This document shows positions 36,354 to 41,659 of a stretch of 41,659 bases of DNA, one piece after another. The DNA lies in UHGV virus genome UHGV-0225219. The stretch is one strand, 5' to 3'. A program made the translations under genes and the position numbers. The notes beneath the pieces were generated by a model. That model worked only from the letters and a program-made list of their open reading frames with translations, did no database searches and was not told the origin of the DNA. The stretch comes from a virus. Each line of letters opens with the position of its first letter. The stretch's first letter is position 1.

Positions 36354-36796
36354 TGAGTTTAAAAACAGATTATAGGGACGATATATATGAGGGTTCCAGA
36401 CGATGGAGGTTGACCCAGAACGAGGATGGCACCTATGGTATATCAGATGCCACTACCTATACACAAAAGGGCGACAGTTTTGGACAGAATGACATTAACG
36501 CTACGAATAGGGCAGTGAATGCCCTGAACCATGTTGTACCCGTCACACTTCAAGCATCCGGGTGGAGCACTGCGGCCCCATATACCCAGACTGTGCCGAT
36601 AGAGGGGCTGACAACGGAGGACAACCCCATACTGGTAAAGGTGATTGCAGACGGGGCGACGCCGGAACAGGTGAAAGCGTATAACAAGGCATTTGGGATG
36701 ATTGACGATGGGGACACGGCAGATGGCCAGGCAACATTTAAATGTTACAATAAGAAACCCACGATTGACCTAACCGTGGGCTTGAAAGGAGTGTAA
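36353..36796 (+). CDS. Tail-fibre-associated protein
   Basis: 147-aa ORF. Confidence 0.4.
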   Translation: MSLKTDYRDDIYEGSRRWRLTQNEDGTYGISDATTYTQKGDSFGQNDINATNRAVNALNHVVPVTLQASGWSTAAPYTQTVPIEGLTTEDNPILVKVIADGATPEQVKAYNKAFGMIDDGDTADGQATFKCYNKKPTIDLTVGLKGV

Positions 36797-36802
36797 AGAC
36801 AG

Positions 36803-38026
36803 ATGGGAGAAATATTGATGACAGGCGGGAGCGGAGGCGGAACTGGAAGTGATGAGTGCACAGCCAAACTCGACCATGTGCTGGCTGGGGAGACTGCGGT
36901 CACATCGGATAGTAATGACGAGCCTGGCACAGGGCGAATGACGGTTAACAGTGTACTGTCTTTTAGTGTTGCGCCGTATTCTGGGCGGCGCGTATTAGTA
37001 AAATGGCAAGTCCCTAACCCCATTCCAGGAAAACCGTTTAGTGGGGTTATTATAAAAGTTAGCGCGGGAGGTTATCCAGCTTGGAATGCACCTACTTATG
37101 ATGCAAGTTATGCAGGAGTAGGTAGTAGTACTGCTCCCGGTAATTGGTCACAAGCTTTTATAGATTTACCTAATTTAAATACAACATATTATTTTACTTG
37201 TTTCGAGTATGTGAGAACTAGTTTCGGAGATATATATAGTCCAGTATATGACCCGTCGTCAGTTAAGCATGCTGTGTATACGACCGTAGGACCTTCGTTA
37301 GTTACTATAACTGGAACCCAAAGCTTCACAATTCCATATGGATTTACAACTGCGGATATATTTTGTGTAGGTGGGGGTGGTAGTGGGGGCAACGGATACC
37401 GTTTTACAGGAAACGCTTATCAGCAAGGCGGTGGAGGCGGCGGCGGTGGATATACTACCACGGCTTTAAATATCAGTGTAGCAATGGGGCAAGTATTAAA
37501 TTGTGTAGTAGGTGCTGGTGGTTCTCCCAATGGTTCGCTTTCGGGTGCTGGCGGTACAGGAGGCTCGACTTCGGTGTCAAGAAGCGGTGCTGTCTTATGT
37601 ACGGCTAATGGTGGATACGGAGGTTTCAACGCTAATTCAGGCAACGGTGCGTCCGGCGGTTCTGCTGGCGGTTCAGGTGGGTATAACGATTTAACTTCAC
37701 AGCCAATTATAAGAGCAGGTGAAGGCGGTAAATCAGATGGAGGTGGATGGAGTAATCATCCAGGACAAGGACGTACAACAAGGGCTTTTGGTGAAGCTGG
37801 CAATACTCTATACTCTGGCGGCGGCGGTGGTGGTGGAGTTACTAATGGTAATCCTGGTAATGGCGGCGCTGGCGGTGGAGCTGGTGGTGGTGGCCTTTAT
37901 AACGCTGGTAATTCAGGTGCCGCTAATACTGGTGGAGCTGGTGGTGGAGGTGGCGGAGCTTCTTATGGAAATACTTTATGGGGTGGTTCTGGCGGCTCAG
38001 GGGTTATTTTAATCAGATTAAAATAG
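36803..38026 (+). CDS. Glycine-rich tail fibre protein
   Basis: 407 aa. The N-terminal roughly 75 aa have phage-like GC content. The rest is AT-richer with GGxGG, GGSGG and GGAGG runs. Confidence 0.55.
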   Translation: MGEILMTGGSGGGTGSDECTAKLDHVLAGETAVTSDSNDEPGTGRMTVNSVLSFSVAPYSGRRVLVKWQVPNPIPGKPFSGVIIKVSAGGYPAWNAPTYDASYAGVGSSTAPGNWSQAFIDLPNLNTTYYFTCFEYVRTSFGDIYSPVYDPSSVKHAVYTTVGPSLVTITGTQSFTIPYGFTTADIFCVGGGGSGGNGYRFTGNAYQQGGGGGGGGYTTTALNISVAMGQVLNCVVGAGGSPNGSLSGAGGTGGSTSVSRSGAVLCTANGGYGGFNANSGNGASGGSAGGSGGYNDLTSQPIIRAGEGGKSDGGGWSNHPGQGRTTRAFGEAGNTLYSGGGGGGGVTNGNPGNGGAGGGAGGGGLYNAGNSGAANTGGAGGGGGGASYGNTLWGGSGGSGVILIRLK

Positions 38027-38036
38027 GAGGATTAAT

Positions 38037-38339
38037 ATGGTAGCACACGAAGTATTCGCAATGATATCTAGCGAAACGGTACAGAATGTGGTGGTAGGAC
38101 AATATGAAGAAACCAACCGGGTGACACGGTGTGTCTATGGTGACGATGCTTTTACAGTGGATTGCATGCAATATCCCTGCGAGATAGGAGACAAGTACAT
38201 AAACGGCGTGTTTTACAAGGCCGATGGGATAACACCAATCGACAGATTACCAACTGATAAGGAAGAGATTCAGCAGTTGAAGGCAGACAATGCGGAGCTT
38301 ACAGTGGCTATGGCAGATATCATTGGAGGTGGAATGTAA
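38037..38339 (+). CDS. Hypothetical tail/lysis-region protein
   Basis: 100-aa ORF. Confidence 0.4.
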   Translation: MVAHEVFAMISSETVQNVVVGQYEETNRVTRCVYGDDAFTVDCMQYPCEIGDKYINGVFYKADGITPIDRLPTDKEEIQQLKADNAELTVAMADIIGGGM

Positions 38340-38485
38340 TGTTATCCAATATACAGCGCAACATCATTATCCGGGCCCTGCAGATTCGGAAAAATCAGGG
38401 AGAGGAACCGGCAGACATCCTGGAGGGTTACAAGAACTTGACAGAAGAGGAAAAGGCAGAGCTGTTGGAAGCCTTAGAAGAATAG
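38339..38485 (+). CDS. XkdX-like small protein (below cut-off)
   Basis: 48 aa: MLSNIQRNIIIRALQIRKNQGEEPADILEGYKNLTEEEKAELLEALEE. Confidence 0.3.
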   Translation: MLSNIQRNIIIRALQIRKNQGEEPADILEGYKNLTEEEKAELLEALEE

Positions 38486-38499
38486 GAAAGGTGAGGTTA

Positions 38500-38997
38500 A
38501 TGAAAATGAAAAGAGAATATGTAATTACAGTACAGGGGGCGCTGGCAGCAGCTGGTGCCTTTTTAAGTGCGAAGCTGGGTATTCTGTATCCAGTGCTATG
38601 TATCCTCATGGGGACGATGGTGCTGGACTACATAACTGGGATGTTGGCCAGTAAAAATGAGGCCATAGACCATCCGGGCGATGCCGGCTATGGATGGAGC
38701 TCCAGAAAGGGGGCTAAAGGCATTATTAAGAAGGTGGGATACCTGTGCGTAATTGCCGCGGCTATGGTGGTTGATTATGTGATTGTTTTTGTGTCGGCAG
38801 AGCTTGGGATGCAGATATCCGTCAAGGCCTTTTTCGGGCTCCTGGTGGCGGTCTGGTACTTACTCAATGAGTTGCTGTCCATCACCGAGAATGCCGGCCG
38901 TATGGGTGCCAATGTGCCGGAATGGCTACGTAGATATATCGCGGTTTTGAAGGATAAGATTGACAATACAGATTATCAGGGAGGCAGCAGGACATAA
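38500..38997 (+). CDS. Holin (TcdE/phage_holin_4-like)
   Basis: 165 aa with three TM segments and a charged C-terminus. Confidence 0.7.
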   Translation: MKMKREYVITVQGALAAAGAFLSAKLGILYPVLCILMGTMVLDYITGMLASKNEAIDHPGDAGYGWSSRKGAKGIIKKVGYLCVIAAAMVVDYVIVFVSAELGMQISVKAFFGLLVAVWYLLNELLSITENAGRMGANVPEWLRRYIAVLKDKIDNTDYQGGSRT

Positions 38998-39081
38998 AAG
39001 GAGGTGGTCCGTATATCTCCCGGCCGCCAGGGTAATGGCGGTAAACTTATCAACCCAAAAAAGGAAAGAGAGGTACATATT

Positions 39082-39285
39082 ATGGCAGAATCAACAGGAA
39101 AACATGCAGCGCATATTCCGGGAAATGGGGGATACCTGGCAGAGGGGCCAGACCTGCAGGAAAAACATCCCACCCCATACCTGTATGATGCACCAACAGA
39201 CACGCCGCATCCGGGTAAGCACCAGAGCGGTGTAGGCGGCCCAAGTGACCGTAACAATAATGGCGTAGACGACGAAAAGGAGTAG
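39082..39285 (+). CDS. Small hydrophilic protein between holin and endolysin
   Basis: AAAAAGGAAAGAGAGG RBS then ATG 39082. Gly/Pro/His-rich. Confidence 0.35.
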   Translation: MAESTGKHAAHIPGNGGYLAEGPDLQEKHPTPYLYDAPTDTPHPGKHQSGVGGPSDRNNNGVDDEKE

Positions 39286-39300
39286 TTGCGATATCGCAAC
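39285..39300. repeat. Palindrome copy 4, GTTGCGATATCGCAAC (perfect 16 bp)
   Basis: Read directly. It abuts the stop codon of the small ORF. Confidence 0.9.
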
Positions 39301-39314
39301 TTGTGACGTCACAA
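39301..39314. promoter_or_regulatory. Second palindrome TTGTGACGTCACAA (14 bp perfect)
   Basis: Read directly. It occurs once in the window. Confidence 0.6.
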
Positions 39315-39323
39315 CTTTTCATG

Positions 39324-39354
39324 GCCTGGGAGTGGTCCCGGGCCTTATTTTTTA
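39324..39354 (+). terminator. Strong intrinsic terminator 14 nt upstream of the endolysin start
   Basis: GGCCTGGGA-gtgg-TCCCGGGCC (8/9 pairs) followed by TTATTTTTT. Confidence 0.65.
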
Positions 39355-39367
39355 ATTGGAGGAAAAC

Positions 39368-40144
39368 ATGAAATCAATAGATAAGGTTTTAACAATTGCT
39401 CACCAGGAGATTGGATATCTGGAGAAACGTAGTAACAGCCAGCTTGACAGCAAGACCGCGAATGCTGGCAGCAGCAATTATACCAAGTATGCCAGGGACC
39501 TGTACCCATCTCTCCAGGGGCAGCCGTGGTGTGACATGTTTGTGGACTGGTGTTTTGTGCAGGCTTTTGGCCGGGTAGCGGCGCAGCAGCTTCTGGGTGG
39601 TGGATTCTCCGCCTACACTCCCACATCCGCACAATACTATAAGACCAAGGGCCAGTATCACAAGGACAGCCCACAGCCGGGGGACCAGATATTTTTTAAA
39701 AACTCCCAGCGCATCTGTCATACAGGCATCGTCTATGAGGTCACCATGACCAAGGTTAGGACCATTGAGGGCAACACCAGTGACGGCAGTGAGGTGGTTA
39801 CCAATGGCGGAGCAGTATGCTGTAAGGAGTACAGCTTAGATAACAGCAGGATTGACGGATATGGACGTCCTGACTGGTCGCTGGTAGAGCAGCCGGAGTA
39901 TGAGGTGGGCTGGCACCATGATAGTAATGGCTGGTGGTATGCATACAGCACCACAGAGTATTACAAGGAGTGCTGGCAGATTATAAACCATCACAAATAT
40001 TATTTTAACTCAGATGGATATGCTCTGACCAACTGGCATGCAATTGGCGGTAAGGATTATTACTTTGAGCCACGGGCCGGGCATCCGCTGGAATGCGCCA
40101 TGTATGTGGCGCCGGAGGGCGAACAGTACATAGGGGAGTTTTAA
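39368..40144 (+). CDS. Endolysin: N-terminal CHAP peptidase/amidase plus C-terminal clostridial-type cell-wall-binding repeats
   Basis: The catalytic Cys sits in …GQPWCDMFVDW… and the His in …RICHTGIVYEV…. The C-terminus (…NGWWYAYSTTEYYKECWQII…KYYFNSDGYALTNWHAIGGKDYYFE…) resembles Cw_binding_1 repeats. Confidence 0.8.
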   Translation: MKSIDKVLTIAHQEIGYLEKRSNSQLDSKTANAGSSNYTKYARDLYPSLQGQPWCDMFVDWCFVQAFGRVAAQQLLGGGFSAYTPTSAQYYKTKGQYHKDSPQPGDQIFFKNSQRICHTGIVYEVTMTKVRTIEGNTSDGSEVVTNGGAVCCKEYSLDNSRIDGYGRPDWSLVEQPEYEVGWHHDSNGWWYAYSTTEYYKECWQIINHHKYYFNSDGYALTNWHAIGGKDYYFEPRAGHPLECAMYVAPEGEQYIGEF

Positions 40145-40272
40145 GCTGAGAACACTTATACCGGACCATAAGGGAGCTACTAAATGAAATCTTCAACTTC
40201 GAGCTAAAATGGAAACCACGCAACGGCACATCCATAGATGTACTTTCTCACTATGTTGTAAAACACTATTAC

Positions 40273-40312
40273 GAAAAAATGCCGAAGGGGACACTATTAC
40301 AGCGTCCCCTTC
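40273..40312 (-). terminator. Intrinsic terminator for the leftward GNAT-like operon (possibly bidirectional)
   Basis: GAAGGGGAC-N11-GTCCCCTTC 9-bp stem. On the minus strand it is followed by GGCATTTTTT. Confidence 0.6.
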
Positions 40313-40315
40313 TTC

Positions 40316-40957
40316 TTATAACATGCAAAACAATTGGACTAAACATTTTCCTTTAATATTTGTTTCATCTCCATCCAGTTTCCTTCTACCAAAGACCTTA
40401 AATTTGTTTTTCTCATAAAATCGTATTAATTTTTCTTCTTCTTCGCATTCCAGATAAACAAACTTTCCACCGACTTCGTTTTGGATTAAATATGCTTTTT
40501 CGATTGCCATTTGTAATAAATCTGTACCGGAAATAAGACAATCATTTCCATTGGCAAAATTTTTCCCCAATTGTCCTATTAATGGCGCAGAAACCATGTA
40601 CTGGTTGGTTTTCTCGTTAAAAATCCCATGTTCACGGAGTTTTCTCGCCTCTCTGCTGCTAACGGATCCGCGGTCAATACAGATAACTTTTGATGCAATG
40701 GCATAGTATCCAACTAACTCCATCGCCTTTTTATCATCGGTTTCCCAAAACACCAAATTCGTTTTTGCAAAATTGCGTGCAGAGAACACAATAGCTTTAT
40801 TTCGCAAAAAGTCTTCCACATCCTTATTAAGAGGACACACGAAAGAGGAGAGGATTGATTTTACTTTTTCCTCTCCTATGGCCTCTATTAGTTCATTTAA
40901 TTTAATCTGTATAAAATGTGTTTTCGTTGCAAATTGTGGCATGTTATTTTCTATCAA
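40316..40957 (-). CDS. GNAT-like acetyltransferase-fold protein (candidate toxin/cargo)
   Basis: 213 aa at about 35% GC. C-terminal …KFVYLECEEEEKLIRFYEKNKFKVFG… is a GNAT motif-B-like strand-helix. …LIGQLGKNFANG… is a plausible acetyl-CoA loop. Confidence 0.4.
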   Translation of the reverse strand: MIENNMPQFATKTHFIQIKLNELIEAIGEEKVKSILSSFVCPLNKDVEDFLRNKAIVFSARNFAKTNLVFWETDDKKAMELVGYYAIASKVICIDRGSVSSREARKLREHGIFNEKTNQYMVSAPLIGQLGKNFANGNDCLISGTDLLQMAIEKAYLIQNEVGGKFVYLECEEEEKLIRFYEKNKFKVFGRRKLDGDETNIKGKCLVQLFCML

Positions 40958-41117
40958 AGAATTCTTTGATTTTATCTCCTGTAAGTTCTGTACACGTCCG
41001 CGTTAACTGTACCTGCTTATACTTGGAAATTTCTGCTTGGCCTAATGCTTCCACAAATGTATGGGCAAGTTGCTTATCCTGTATTTTGATATCTTTCAAG
41101 AAGCTCTTTGTTGCCAT
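40944..41117 (-). CDS. Small protein, possible ribbon-helix-helix antitoxin-like partner
   Basis: AGGAGGTGA RBS then ATG 41117. 57 aa with a β-α-α pattern. It overlaps the downstream gene by 14 nt. Confidence 0.4.
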   Translation of the reverse strand: MATKSFLKDIKIQDKQLAHTFVEALGQAEISKYKQVQLTRTCTELTGDKIKEFFDRK

Positions 41118-41336
41118 ACGTATCACCTCCTAAATATCGCTGGCACTTTATCTTATGTAAGACAGCACTGACCTGTGCGTATCTTTACTTAATAATACGC
41201 AACTATATGTAACTTTATTATAACCCATTTTTTCTGAAAATCAATAAGAAAGTGAAAAATAATTCACCATTTGTGAAATTGCGAAAAACTACATTTTATA
41301 ACATATTTGTTCAAATATTGACAGATGTCTTGTTAA

Positions 41337-41492
41337 TATCAATTTATAGAATACCCCGCCGGCGAGGGCTTCGTACTTTGCCCAGTCAAGGGCAGCGACG
41401 AGGGCAAGTGCATGATTACGGATGCCAGGGGTGTGCTCCGGATTGCAGAAGAATATGACATGATAAATCGTCGGTACGTGTTTACGTGGTAA
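41337..41492 (+). pseudogene. Start-less C-terminal gene fragment (…EGFVLCPVKGSDEGKCMITDARGVLRIAEEYDMINRRYVFTW*)
   Basis: The open frame begins abruptly after a stop at 41334-41336 with no upstream start codon. GC content rises to about 52%. This is consistent with a host gene truncated at attR. Confidence 0.3.
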
Positions 41493-41659
41493 GACCTATA
41501 TAATGCCATAATTTACCAGGGCAACCCCTGCATTGAAAGGAGTACAATGGCCTTGGAAGGAGGCGCATAAAGATGGATGGAAAGCGAAACGATGAACCGT
41601 CAGAATCGGAGGAAAAGTACTCGGATGAAGAACTGCTAAAAGAATTTTAAGCAGTCAAA

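Noticed and set aside
39301-39314. TTGTGACGTCACAA as a CRP/cre-type catabolite site
   Set aside because: The TGTGA/TCACA halves are separated by 2 bp, not 6 as for CRP. The sequence does not fit the Firmicutes cre consensus TGWNANCGNTNWCA. It is kept only as an unassigned palindrome.

Overview
The window holds what looks like one complete temperate siphovirus prophage of about 41 kb, plus short flanks. It follows the SPP1/Firmicutes layout. A tyrosine integrase sits at the left end on the minus strand. Next comes a leftward immunity operon: XRE repressor, ImmA-type HExxH metallopeptidase and an AT-rich unknown 300-aa gene. A divergent operator region faces a Cro-like HTH protein and a Bro-N/KilAC antirepressor. 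An early region on the plus strand encodes a YqaJ exonuclease, a DUF1351 protein, RecT, a PD-(D/E)xK nuclease, a DnaD-like replisome organizer and a second replication protein, a DUF551 protein, an orphan N6/N4 DNA methyltransferase and many small Cys-rich proteins. After these come an ArpU-like late regulator, small and large terminase subunits, the portal, a MuF/gp7-type head morphogenesis protein with an extra C-terminal HExxH domain, the scaffold, the major capsid and head-tail adaptor genes. The tail module has a major tail protein, G/GT chaperones with a probable -1 frameshift, a 1022-aa tape measure, a 921-aa tail protein with a C-terminal CBM-like domain, and a glycine-rich fibre. The lysis end has a holin and a CHAP endolysin with clostridial cell-wall-binding repeats. 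A small-protein/GNAT-like pair lies at the far right. No tRNA, rRNA or CRISPR array is visible.

The points that most deserve a second look are these. (i) A 16-bp perfect palindrome, GTTGCGATATCGCAAC, recurs four times at roughly 11-15 kb spacing (three perfect copies and one 14/16 copy). (ii) The AT-rich 300-aa unknown gene is co-transcribed with the lysogenic repressor. (iii) An AT-rich four-TM membrane-protein cassette with its own consensus promoter and terminator sits between the late regulator and terS. (iv) A tandem DUF2829 (Tad2-like) protein looks like an anti-defence candidate. (v) The MuF head protein carries a C-terminal HExxH extension of polymorphic-toxin type. (vi) A small-protein/GNAT-like pair at the right end resembles a toxin-antitoxin module. 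(vii) The endolysin is separated from the holin by palindromes and an intrinsic terminator. (viii) A roughly 200-bp patch has near-100% GC3. The att core sites could not be fixed from the sequence alone.
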